A stretch of 31,192 bases of DNA from a bacterium (GCA_965249485.1 CBDFMG010000002.1:1-31192), one strand, 5' to 3'; counted from the first letter of the stretch, positions 9,053 to 17,597 are shown. Numbers and translations are program-made. The notes: generated by a model not told the origin, from the sequence alone.

Positions 9053-9266
9053 TTTCCCCTTAAATCGAAAGCTGGCCGGGGCTCCGTGTGTACGGGCCTT
9101 GCGGGAGACGGAGCAGCAGGAGCCGGCCAAATTGGGATTGTGGGGGGGCCAATAGGAAAAAGTGAAAAATCGATTTTGGGAAGAGATTTTTCTCCTTGTT
9201 TTGACTGTTTGTGCGGCTGGAATTTCTATTCAGTTTGTAAAAAAAACTGAATAGAAATGTGGATAA
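9053..9266. repeat. Conserved pre-origin block III, copy A, ending in a hairpin and perfect DnaA box TGTGGATAA (9258-9266)
   Basis: Aligns with 11617-11798 and 17065-17281 (CCTTGCGGGAGACGGAGC, GGGAAGAGATTTTTCTCCTTGTTTT). Confidence 0.8.
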
Positions 9267-9385
9267 ACTTGCACGCGCAGGCGTGAAACTAAAGTAGTGA
9301 AATAACATAAGTAGTTGCTATATATAAAGAGTGATCACGATTAAAGCAACTTTTAGACCACTCAAAACAACTTTTATTTTATAAA

Positions 9386-10438
9386 TTGCTTTATTATCTT
9401 GCAGCCCATGACAGACAAGCGATCCACACAAACAACTTTGCCCCTGGCCTGGTCTTTGAGCCAAAAGACTGCAAAGGGCTGATCAAGCAGAACTGGCAGA
9501 TCACTTTTGCAAGGCAATCCAATGTAGGGGTCTATGGCAAGCGGATCATAGGCCTGGTACTGTCCGAAATAAGGAAGAATAATTACCAGATGATGCCTTA
9601 CTATCAGTTTCGCGTTTCCGACATTGTTCGGGCATCTGAAGTTAACGATTCAAAGAACGCCTACAAATATTGCAAGGATGCATTGGACGGGCTAATGAAA
9701 ACATACTGGGCCTTCGAAGATCCCGAGAAAGAAATCTACATTCCCAAGCACCTGATTAACACAAATACAAGCCTCAAAAAGGATGGATATGAATATGGAT
9801 ACCGGGAAGGAACTATCACGATGGTATTCAATGGTACCATGCACAAGCTTCTTATGGAGCTTGCCCACTATTCGAGCTTCGAGCTCGAACCTTATATGAA
9901 ATTCAGAAGCTGGTATTCAACCCGGCTATGGGAGTTCTTCTCAGCCTTCAAAGACACTGGTAAATGGTACGTCGATATTGACGAATACCGCAAGTTGATG
10001 GACTGTGAAAAGAAGTATCGAAGTACAAATATGTTTGTTAAAAAAACCACCGAAGAACCTCTGGAAGAATTCAAGGGAACGGACTTCGAGGGCTTTGTCA
10101 TCGAAAAGGTTTTTGCCCGGTTCTCCGGACATGGAAGACCACCGGTCATTGGCCTCAATTTCATCTTCGGCAAAGCAAAAACCACCCACGATAAGATCGA
10201 GGAATGGAAGCAATATTCCGAAGTACATAAAAGATGCGGGGAGAGATTGATCGGTGTGTGGAAGGTCTCTGAATCTGTTTTCTTCAAGCACGCCCCCCGG
10301 ATTGGATTGAAGCGGCTCAACGAACTGATCTACCAGTGGCAGGTGATGGACTCGGATCCCAAAACACGGATCAAAAACCGGGCCGCCTACTGCAACAAGG
10401 TGCTGAAAAAAGAAAATGAAGATGATCTAAAAAATTGA
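9386..10438 (+). CDS. repB: Rep_3/RepB-family replication initiator 1; probably frameshifted near its natural ATG (9408)
   Basis: KFRSWYSTRLWEFF, WYVDIDEYRKLM motifs; preceded by a DnaA box; track start is a TTG, see CCTGG duplication finding. Confidence 0.85.
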   Translation: MLYYLAAHDRQAIHTNNFAPGLVFEPKDCKGLIKQNWQITFARQSNVGVYGKRIIGLVLSEIRKNNYQMMPYYQFRVSDIVRASEVNDSKNAYKYCKDALDGLMKTYWAFEDPEKEIYIPKHLINTNTSLKKDGYEYGYREGTITMVFNGTMHKLLMELAHYSSFELEPYMKFRSWYSTRLWEFFSAFKDTGKWYVDIDEYRKLMDCEKKYRSTNMFVKKTTEEPLEEFKGTDFEGFVIEKVFARFSGHGRPPVIGLNFIFGKAKTTHDKIEEWKQYSEVHKRCGERLIGVWKVSESVFFKHAPRIGLKRLNELIYQWQVMDSDPKTRIKNRAAYCNKVLKKENEDDLKN

Positions 10439-10877
10439 GATAAAGGCATCCAGGCCCCGGTAAACCGGCCCACCCGCAAAAACCCGTTTGCCTGATGAAA
10501 AGGAAAAGTCAACCTTTATTTTTTTCTATTTTTCCCCTGCGCCGGTTCCGCAATAGCCCTCCCGCATTTGCGGCCAATGTGAATGTGGCAGGTTCTACTA
10601 CCGATTATTGCCGATCTCATCTTTCGTACCAGTGGTGGGCGGAGCTTTCCCATTTTTTGGATTGTTGGTAGTAATACGGGTTTTGTATGACAAAGCCCCC
10701 TCTGGCTACTCAAGCTACTCAAGACAAAATCTCTTACCTATGGGGTGGGAGATGCTAGTAAAAGAGACCCTGAGAGCTTGAACTTTCCATCCCGAGAGCT
10801 TCCACTGGTGGGGTGATTCTACACTTGCAAAGATGGCCGCTCTTTGCCACCTTTGCCTCTGGCTTCACAACCCAAAG

Positions 10878-11204
10878 ATGAATACCCTTACCATCTCCAA
10901 ACGGCTGATCAAAGCCGGTATGCAACCTGCCACGGCCGAAGAGCAGGCCCAGATCCTGGCCGAAATCACATCCGAGCTGGCTACCAAAGAGGATATTCAG
11001 CGCCTGGAGCAACGCTTCGAGCAGCGTTTTGAACAGATGGAAGAAACCACCAAAGAACGTTTCGGACAGATGGAAGAAACCACCAGAGAACGCTTCGGAC
11101 AGATGGAGAAGATGATCAGGGACCAGGCCGTAAACACCCGCTGGATGATCGGTGTCATGTTTGTTGCCCTTTCTCTGCTGCTCGGTGCCCTGAAACTGTT
11201 CTGA
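10878..11204 (+). CDS. Bdr/DUF1640-like coiled-coil membrane protein, copy B (108 aa)
   Basis: Paralog of copy A with the same ~75-bp upstream sequence and different repeat counts. Confidence 0.8.
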   Translation: MNTLTISKRLIKAGMQPATAEEQAQILAEITSELATKEDIQRLEQRFEQRFEQMEETTKERFGQMEETTRERFGQMEKMIRDQAVNTRWMIGVMFVALSLLLGALKLF

Positions 11205-11220
11205 TTACGGGCCATTTCAC

Positions 11221-11798
11221 ATGTTCAAAAAAACCCGAAGCCTGGCCAGGCCGCGCAGTTGCGGCCTATGTCTCTTCGAGCACATGCCACCCCTTCGTTC
11301 CCGGCAATGGAGTAAACCGCAGGGTTTCAGACCAATCAAAGCCCTGGGCTTTCAGGGATTGCTCTGAAATCCATTGCCGGAACCCCGAAAGTCACTTAAT
11401 TGAAGAAAAAAAGGGCGAGAGACGAGACACCCTTTTTGGAGGAACCGGTTCAATTTGAATGGTTCCTCTTTTTCTTTCCGCCCAAGCCGCTCTAAGCGAA
11501 CATCTCCCGATTTTGATCCCCACTACCCCCGCAGCAGAGATCTCCTCTCAGAGGGCGGTTTCTGGGGCCCACAGGCCCCGCCTGCCATCCGCCCAGCTCC
11601 CCCAAAGCCCCCGTTTTTTTCCCCTTAAACCGAAAGTTGGCCGAGCTCCGCGGCGCACTGGCCTTGCGGGAGACGGAGCGGCAGGATCCGGCCAATTGGG
11701 TTTTTGAGTGAGGCCATTAAAAAAAATGAAAAATCGATTTGGGGAAGAGATTTTTCTCCTTGTTTTCACTGTTTGTGTGGCTGGAATTTCTTTTTCAG
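11221..11798. repeat. Module B copies of non-coding blocks I, IV, II and III
   Basis: Block I 11221-11388, block IV 11399-11480 (also 16969-17051), block II 11523-11590, block III 11617-11798 (lacks the hairpin right arm and DnaA box). Confidence 0.8.
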
Positions 11799-11907
11799 GG
11801 TTTTCAAAATTGTATCATATAGAATTATGCATCACAAATTGTGAATTTGTATAATTTGTATATTTGAGAGAGGTTCTAATATGCTGTATATGAACATATT
11901 ACAGCAA

Positions 11908-11946
11908 TTAACTGTGACAGATTACCCTTTAACTGTGACAGATTAC
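11908..11946 (+). repeat. Orphan iterons TTAACTGTGACAGATTAC x2 (21-bp period), cut by an IS
   Basis: Exact 18-bp repeats at 11908 and 11929, in the position equivalent to the rep2 iterons. Confidence 0.7.
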
Positions 11947-12013
11947 GCAAATAGCTCCAGAAAGCCCCCCCCCCAATCACTTGGAGTTTTAACCAGGGGA
12001 TGAATGGAGCATT

Positions 12014-12415
12014 TCATTTATTTTTTTGATCTTCAATGTACCGCTTGATGGTGTGCTCGGAAATATGTCCTATAGATTCACAGTAATAGGATCGCGTCCA
12101 CAAAGTAGGTATTCTGCTTTTGATGGCCGGGTATTTTTCTCGCATTATCCTACTGGAATATCCTTTCAATTGCTGTATGATATAATGAGGAGCAAGTATT
12201 GGCGCCGATTTAACGAAGAGATGTACATGATCAGGCATCACCTCCATTTTTTCAATTGATATGCCCAACCTGTGGGCTTTCTCAACAAGCAAATCTTTAA
12301 GAATTTGATCGTATGGAGGAACAAAAACCTTTCTTCGATATTTAGGGCACCAGATTAAATGATAGGCTACATTGTATACTGAATGCTTGCTTTGTGTCCA
12401 GCGATTTCGTTGCAT
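12014..12415 (-). CDS. tnpA: IS200-type Y1 HUH transposase (track start TTG 12439)
   Basis: YHLIWCPKYRR, MPDHVHLF, LWTRSYY, YIEDQ motifs. Confidence 0.95.
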   Translation of the reverse strand: MQRNRWTQSKHSVYNVAYHLIWCPKYRRKVFVPPYDQILKDLLVEKAHRLGISIEKMEVMPDHVHLFVKSAPILAPHYIIQQLKGYSSRIMREKYPAIKSRIPTLWTRSYYCESIGHISEHTIKRYIEDQKNK

Positions 12416-12576
12416 ATAGTATGAATATATCTTGTCCAAATATATATATTTTTGTATATTTAGAATTATGAAAAGGCCATATTTCGCTCAAACCGAAAAT
12501 CCTGATCCCGATATTCACAAATCAAAACATTTCAATCGGCTTGAAGAAGCTAAACAATAGCTGGTTTCCCTCAAAA

Positions 12577-14097
12577 ATGCCATCCTTTATAACAGAGATA
12601 CCTTTAAAAGTAACAGCTAGCCAGGCGCGTAAATTGGAGAGTGCATTCTTTGCTGCTTCGCAAATTTATAACGCGTGCCTTGGCGAAGCGATGAAAAGGT
12701 TAGATCGTATGAAAGTTGATCCGCAATATGATATAGCCAGGGAATTAAAAGGAAACGCACGAAAAGATAAATATTCAACGCTTCGAAAACAGTATCAATT
12801 TTCAGAATATGCGCTTCACGCTTATGCAAAACAATGGACGAAAACCTGGCTTAATGATCAGCTGGGCGTACACGTAATACAAAAGCTTGCCACCAGGGCA
12901 TTCAAAGCAGTAAATGATTATTCAATCCATCTACATGGGAAACCTCGCTTCAAAGGTCTTCGTGGAATTCACTCAATAGAAAACAAAAAAAACGGGGCAA
13001 ACATGTGTTGGAAAGAGAATCATCTCTTCTTCTCAAAGATGGAGTTGAAAGCGTTCCTGGATCGATCTGATCCTTCGGATGAAGTCATACAACATGGTCT
13101 GTCCTGTAAGGTCAAATATACCCGACTGGTGCGAAAGAATATAAATGGTAAGGTTAGGTACTATTGCCAACTTATTAATGAAGGACAATCTTTCCTAAAG
13201 CCTGAACACAGTATTAGCAAACATTCTGTAGGACTGGATATAGGACCCAGTACCATTGCTATAGTAAGTACAGAAAAAAAACAGGCTCATCTACTACAAT
13301 TTTGCAATGAACTAAAAGAGATTCAGAAAAGAAAAGCAGCATTGCAGCGCCAAATAAGCCGCCAGATTCGTGCTAATAATCCTGGTGGATTTCATTTAGA
13401 TAGCTGGATTAAAAAGGATAAGCACTGGAAAAGAAAAAAGGGCGTCAATAAAAAGGGTATCCGATGCAACTATCAAAGCAAAGCACTTCAAGCAAATTTC
13501 GGAAAGCTGGCAGAGGTGGACAGGAAACTTGCAGCACATAGAAAATCACTACATGGAAAACTGGCTAATGATATTCTATCACTTGGAAATAACATCAAAA
13601 CAGAAAAACTTTCCTACAAATCATTCCAAAAGATGTATGGTAAAAGTGTAGGATATCGTGCACCGGGGATGTTTGTTTATATGTTATGTCGCAAGGCTGA
13701 AAGAGCCGGTGGCATGGTAGAACAATTCAGTACCTTCAATACAAAGCTTTCACAAACCTGCCATTGTGGACTCCAACAAAAAAAACGACTGTCAGAACGA
13801 TGGCATCAATGCAATTGCGGAGCCCAGGCACAACGCGATCTTTATTCTGCTTATCTGGCATGTTTTGTAGAAAACGATACATTGATAGCATCCAATGCTG
13901 CAAAGCACTGGAAAGGTATGGATACGTGCCTGCTCTCGGCTATTAACAAGATAAAACAATCGAATGGTAAGGCATTGCCTTCCAGCTTTGGAATCATCCA
14001 GAGTAAGAGATTGTCGAGACAAAAGTCTGTAATGAACAAGCCACTCGAGGCCTTTGCTGAGGAGAGTGTGGTGGACTACAGAACCTCACGTGTTTAA
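12577..14097 (+). CDS. tnpB: TnpB RNA-guided nuclease 1 (~506 aa; track start 12541)
   Basis: RuvC D (VGLDIG), E (IKTEKL), D (QRDLYSA); Zn finger CHCG..CNCG. Confidence 0.92.
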   Translation: MPSFITEIPLKVTASQARKLESAFFAASQIYNACLGEAMKRLDRMKVDPQYDIARELKGNARKDKYSTLRKQYQFSEYALHAYAKQWTKTWLNDQLGVHVIQKLATRAFKAVNDYSIHLHGKPRFKGLRGIHSIENKKNGANMCWKENHLFFSKMELKAFLDRSDPSDEVIQHGLSCKVKYTRLVRKNINGKVRYYCQLINEGQSFLKPEHSISKHSVGLDIGPSTIAIVSTEKKQAHLLQFCNELKEIQKRKAALQRQISRQIRANNPGGFHLDSWIKKDKHWKRKKGVNKKGIRCNYQSKALQANFGKLAEVDRKLAAHRKSLHGKLANDILSLGNNIKTEKLSYKSFQKMYGKSVGYRAPGMFVYMLCRKAERAGGMVEQFSTFNTKLSQTCHCGLQQKKRLSERWHQCNCGAQAQRDLYSAYLACFVENDTLIASNAAKHWKGMDTCLLSAINKIKQSNGKALPSSFGIIQSKRLSRQKSVMNKPLEAFAEESVVDYRTSRV

Positions 14098-14114
14098 ACC
14101 GTGAGAGTGATCAG

Positions 14115-14172
14115 AATACAGCATCCAATCATCCGACCATAATCCAGGTCGGGGCGCTGATGCCGGGGCTTT
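14115..14172 (+). pseudogene. 58-bp remnant of an S8 subtilase paralog
   Basis: 49/58 nt identical to 19691-19748; NTASNHPTIIQVGALMPGL vs NTVTNHPAVIQVGALLPGL. Confidence 0.85.
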
Positions 14173-14204
14173 GGGGTTTTTTGAGCATGTGAAATGGGCC
14201 GTAA

Positions 14205-14660
14205 TCAAAAGAGTTTCAGGGCACCCAGCAGCAGAGAAAGGGCAACAAACATGATGCCCATCATCCAGCGGGTGTTTACGGCCTGGTCCCTGATCATCTT
14301 CTCCATCTGCCCGAAGCGTTCTCTGGTGATTTCTTCCATCTGTTCAAAGCGTTTGTCCATCTGTTCGAAGCGTTTGTCTACCTGTTCAAAGCGCTGCTCC
14401 AGGCGCCGGATATCTTCTCTGGTGGCCTTTTGTAACTGCTCAATATCCTGTCGGGTAGCCTTTTGCAACTGCTCAATATCCTGTCGGGTAGCCTTTTGCA
14501 ACTGCTCAATATCCTGTCTGGTAGCCTTTTGCAACTGCTCAATATCCTGTCTGGTGGCCAGCTGTTCGGTGATCTCAGCCAGGATCTGTGCCTGCTCTTC
14601 GGCCGTGGCAGGTTGCATGCCGGCTTTGATGAGCCGTTTGGAGATGGTAAGGGTATTCAT
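14205..14660 (-). CDS. Bdr/DUF1640-like coiled-coil membrane protein, copy C (151 aa)
   Basis: Four 33-bp ATRQDIEQLQK repeats plus 7-aa RFEQxDK repeats; head and TM tail nearly identical to copies A and B. Confidence 0.82.
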   Translation of the reverse strand: MNTLTISKRLIKAGMQPATAEEQAQILAEITEQLATRQDIEQLQKATRQDIEQLQKATRQDIEQLQKATRQDIEQLQKATREDIRRLEQRFEQVDKRFEQMDKRFEQMEEITRERFGQMEKMIRDQAVNTRWMMGIMFVALSLLLGALKLF

Positions 14661-14745
14661 CTTTGGGCTGTTGAACTCACCCCTCAAAGGTGGAAAAGAG
14701 CTGGGGGCTTTGCAAGTTTAGGGTCTTTGTTTGCTGATCCAGATT

Positions 14746-14826
14746 TCAGTGAGTAGCCTCCAGTTGAACCAGGTCAATTTCTTCTTTAAATTTTTCGAGT
14801 TCGGATTTGGAATTTGACATCGACAT
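14746..14826 (-). pseudogene. Possible N-terminal stub of a primase/toprim-type gene
   Basis: MSMSNSKSELEKFKEEIDLVQL resembles the N-termini of plasmid primase-like proteins; A-rich start context; stops after 26 aa. Confidence 0.3.
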
Positions 14827-14999
14827 TTTTTTGACAGTTATAAAAACTTTGAAGACGGAACAGAAGAAAGTCAAATCAGAAGAAAAGCCACACCAAAAGC
14901 TAAAGAAAGGCAAGAAGTTGTTGGATAAATTCAAGCGACTTGACCAGGAGAGATAAATCAAAAAAGTAAACAATAATTTTTAATAAAAAATTAATAAAA

Positions 15000-15212
15000 A
15001 TGACTCTGCAATTCTTATTGCTTCAATTCAAAACCAACCTGATTGAATTTTGGAATTACATTTATGGAATCATCATTTTTATGGCCATTGCCTTTTTTGT
15101 TTGGTGGGCATTTGAGATTGCTGGAAAATTCAAGGAAGACCAATCAGAAGGGAAAAAGGCGATGCAAGCATTTTTCATTGCCATGGCGTTCTCTTTTGGT
15201 ATCATCTTCTTC
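15000..15212 (+). CDS. Small two-TM pilin-like protein interrupted at its 3' end by IS element 2
   Basis: A-rich start context; TM-GKFKEDQSEGKKAM-TM; track ORF reads on into the IS after GIIFF. Confidence 0.55.
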
Positions 15213-15253
15213 GTGACTGCTCCCCGCCTTACTCAGGCGAGGCTTCCAACTTC

Positions 15254-16432
15254 TCAGGCCGCAACTGTCGCCAGGACAGATTTACGCAGGCCTCCATTGG
15301 CAGAGACGGTCAGACCAGCCGCCTTTAATTTCAGTATACCTTGCTCTTTGATATTCAAAGCAGCATTCTGATCTCGGTCAATCCCTTTTTTTCCGCAACA
15401 GGGACAATCCCAATTGCGGACGCTCAAAGGCATTGATTCGACTTTATGACCACAGGCATTATGGATTTTTGAACTCGGGAAAAATCCATCAATTTCTATC
15501 TTGTGTTTACCTTGGGCTTTCGCTTTGTACCCGATTTTTAGTCCCAGTGAGTGCCAGGACGCATCAGCTATGTGCTTTGACAGCCTGCGGTTTTTGAGCA
15601 TGTTTCTGACTTTCAACGATTCCACAACGATTGCCTGGTTTTCGTCAACCAGTTGTTTGCTCAGGATGTGCTGAAAGTGGTTTCGGGCATTGGCTGTCCG
15701 CTCATGGCATTTGGCAACAAGCAATCTTGCCCTGGCCCTTCCCTGGCTTCCTTTTTGTTTTCGGGACAATTTCTTTTGTTTGCGCCGCAGGTTGCCCAAG
15801 GATTGCTTTATAAACCCTGGATTATCGATCTTTTGAAAATTTGAATCAACTATCAAATGGGTTAATCCAAGGTCAAGGCCAATCACTTTATTTTCATCCA
15901 CTGTTGTAATAGGAGATGGTGTTTTCAATCCATCTTCTACAAGCAAAGAAGCGTAGTATTTACCTGTTGCGCTTCGAGACAATGTGATACTTCTCAGCTT
16001 ACCTTCAATAGCACGATGAATACGTGCTTTGACGGGTTGACATTTTGGCACTTTGATCCAGTTATCGCCAAAACTGACGCTTGTACAATGGTAGCTGGAC
16101 TGCTTGCCGCGTTTACGCTTGACACGGGGGTATCTGGCCGCAAACTTTTTGTCAAAGAAGTTTTGAAAAGCGCGATCCAGGTTAATGCATGCTTGCTGTA
16201 ATGCGATGGCATCATATTGGCTCAACCAATTGTATTTGCCGCTCTTCTTGGCAACAGCCAGTAATGGCTTGAGGTCATTTTTGACACTCAGTGACCTTTG
16301 ATGATGTGTGTACCAATGCTTTTTAATATCCAGAGCCCTATTGTACACAAAGCGTATGGCGCCAAATTGAGCGTTTAAAAAAACGGTTTGTTGTCCGGTG
16401 GGATATATGCGTACTTTAGTCGCTCTTAACAT
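15254..16432 (-). CDS. tnpB: TnpB RNA-guided nuclease 2 (392 aa)
   Basis: MLRATKVRIYP start, GLDLG, VVESLKV, DRDQNAALNI; Zn finger HNAC..CPCC. Confidence 0.95.
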   Translation of the reverse strand: MLRATKVRIYPTGQQTVFLNAQFGAIRFVYNRALDIKKHWYTHHQRSLSVKNDLKPLLAVAKKSGKYNWLSQYDAIALQQACINLDRAFQNFFDKKFAARYPRVKRKRGKQSSYHCTSVSFGDNWIKVPKCQPVKARIHRAIEGKLRSITLSRSATGKYYASLLVEDGLKTPSPITTVDENKVIGLDLGLTHLIVDSNFQKIDNPGFIKQSLGNLRRKQKKLSRKQKGSQGRARARLLVAKCHERTANARNHFQHILSKQLVDENQAIVVESLKVRNMLKNRRLSKHIADASWHSLGLKIGYKAKAQGKHKIEIDGFFPSSKIHNACGHKVESMPLSVRNWDCPCCGKKGIDRDQNAALNIKEQGILKLKAAGLTVSANGGLRKSVLATVAA

Positions 16433-16513
16433 ATCAGTGTGTATGCATGTAAATATAACAATACAGGCTTATAATGACTATATTTAAGTGTTTTAAATTT
16501 TAAGTGTATTTCA

Positions 16514-16915
16514 GTGTACAACGATTTAATCAGAAAAAGGCATTCGGTTACCAATTTAAAGACACACCTGGTGTTCACACCAAAGTATCGGAAAAAAATA
16601 TTTAAAAGACAGCATATGATTTTCTTGAAGAATACGTTCTTTCAGGCATGTGAAAAAATGGGGTGCCAATTACTTGAATTTAATGGGGAAGTTGACCATG
16701 TCCATCTTTTGATTCAATATCCTCCCAAGCACTCCGTTTCTGTTATCGTTAACGCTCTCAAGGCTGCAAGTAGCAGAAGATTGAGAAGTGAGTTTGCCGA
16801 TCTTAAGCGTTTTAGTAATCTTTGGTCAAGAAGCTACTTTGCTGCAAGTGTGGGCGGCGCACCTATAGAAGTACTCAAGCAATACATTGAAAATCAAAAT
16901 AATCCAACCCAATAA
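16514..16915 (+). CDS. tnpA: IS200-type Y1 HUH transposase
   Basis: HLVFTPKYR, DHVHLL, LWSRSYFAASVGGA, YIENQ motifs. Confidence 0.95.
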   Translation: MYNDLIRKRHSVTNLKTHLVFTPKYRKKIFKRQHMIFLKNTFFQACEKMGCQLLEFNGEVDHVHLLIQYPPKHSVSVIVNALKAASSRRLRSEFADLKRFSNLWSRSYFAASVGGAPIEVLKQYIENQNNPTQ

Positions 16916-16968
16916 TGGCGCCTTATATCCCCGTCGTTCAACGGCGAGGGTTTACGGCGTTATTGCTA

Positions 16969-17281
16969 AATTGAAGAAAAAAAGGGCGAGAGACGAGACA
17001 CCCTTTTTGGAGGAACTGATTCAAATTGAATGGTTCCTCTTTTTCTTTCCGAAAATCCGGCCCATTTTCTTCCCTTAAACCGAAAGCTGGCCGTGCTCCG
17101 GGGGCGCACGGGCCTTGCGGGAGACGGAGCAGCAGGAGCCGGCCAAATTGGGTTTGTGTGGGGGCCATTTTAAAAAGTGAAAAATCGATTTGGGGAAGAG
17201 ATTTTTCTCCTTGTTTTCACTGTTTGTGCGGCTGGAATTTCTTTTCAGTTTTTTTTACAAACTGAAAAGAAATGTGGATAA
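16969..17281. repeat. Module C copies of blocks IV and III with hairpin and DnaA box TGTGGATAA (17273-17281)
   Basis: Aligns with 11399-11480 and 9053-9266; block IV has a GAGGAAC/GTTCCTC stem followed by a T-run (terminator-like). Confidence 0.8.
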
Positions 17282-17467
17282 CCATTGAAAATACAAACTG
17301 AACTGTAATAAATGTTCAGGGGAGGAAACCTTAACCTGCTTGTAATCAGATAGTTAGTGATTTTTTTCCATGTTTATTATAAAACATAATATATCATATG
17401 TTTATCGGTTTTTTGAAAATTGATGTAACTCATTGATAGTGAGTTAGTTGCAAGAGATTTTTTTAGG

Positions 17468-17543
17468 CTAACTGGGACTTCTTTAATACTTAAGAGGACT
17501 TCTTTAATACTCTTTTTATTTCTAACTGGGACTTCTTTAATAC
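17468..17543 (+). repeat. Iterons of the rep2 origin (core GGACTTCTTTAATAC x3)
   Basis: Copies at 17468, 17490 and 17522 in AT-rich DNA upstream of rep2. Confidence 0.8.
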
Positions 17544-17560
17544 ATTCGGGGAATTTAATA

Positions 17561-17590
17561 TTGCAAATCCTTATTCATTCTTTAGCTTTG
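17561..17590 (+). promoter_or_regulatory. Bacteroidota sigma-A promoter for rep2 (TTG-19 nt-TAGCTTTG)
   Basis: Perfect TAnnTTTG -7 box at 17583-17590; TTG at 17561. Confidence 0.65.
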
Positions 17591-17597
17591 ACTAATT

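Larger units (their letters stand above)
11947..14114 (+). mobile_element. IS200/IS605-family element 1 (divergent tnpA/tnpB), inserted 3' of TTAC
   Basis: Left end TTAC|14 nt-AAAG-CCCC...GGGGA like IS608; right end GAAC-CTCACG..CGTGAG-AGTGA-TCAG|; both guide/cleavage tetranucleotide pairs obey the IS608 pairing rule. Confidence 0.88.
15213..16965 (-). mobile_element. IS200/IS605-family element 2 (divergent tnpA/tnpB), inserted 3' of TTAG on the minus strand
   Basis: Minus-strand left end TTAG|12 nt-AAAC-hairpin; right end GAAG-CCTCGCCT..AGGCGGGG-AGCAG-TCAC|; tetranucleotide pairs consistent. Confidence 0.88.

Noticed and set aside
8740..9308. Short ORFs across blocks I-III (also 11459-11769 and 16887-17265)
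   Set aside because: Copies differ by frame-breaking indels, so conservation is at nucleotide/structure level
9341..9376. rep1 iterons (AAA(G/A)CAACTTTTA x2)
   Set aside because: Only two short imperfect copies in AT-rich DNA; plausible but too weak to call
10440..10800. Small ORF 10516-10722 and GCTACTCAA x2 repeat
   Set aside because: No recognisable motif or convincing start; the repeat is too short to interpret
12541..14097. Cas12-type CRISPR effector
   Set aside because: Adjacent tnpA and intact IS ends, and no array; it is TnpB
14115..14172. DGR template/variable repeat pair with 19691-19748
   Set aside because: No reverse transcriptase gene; the changes are synonymous or conservative and include non-adenine positions, fitting ordinary paralog divergence
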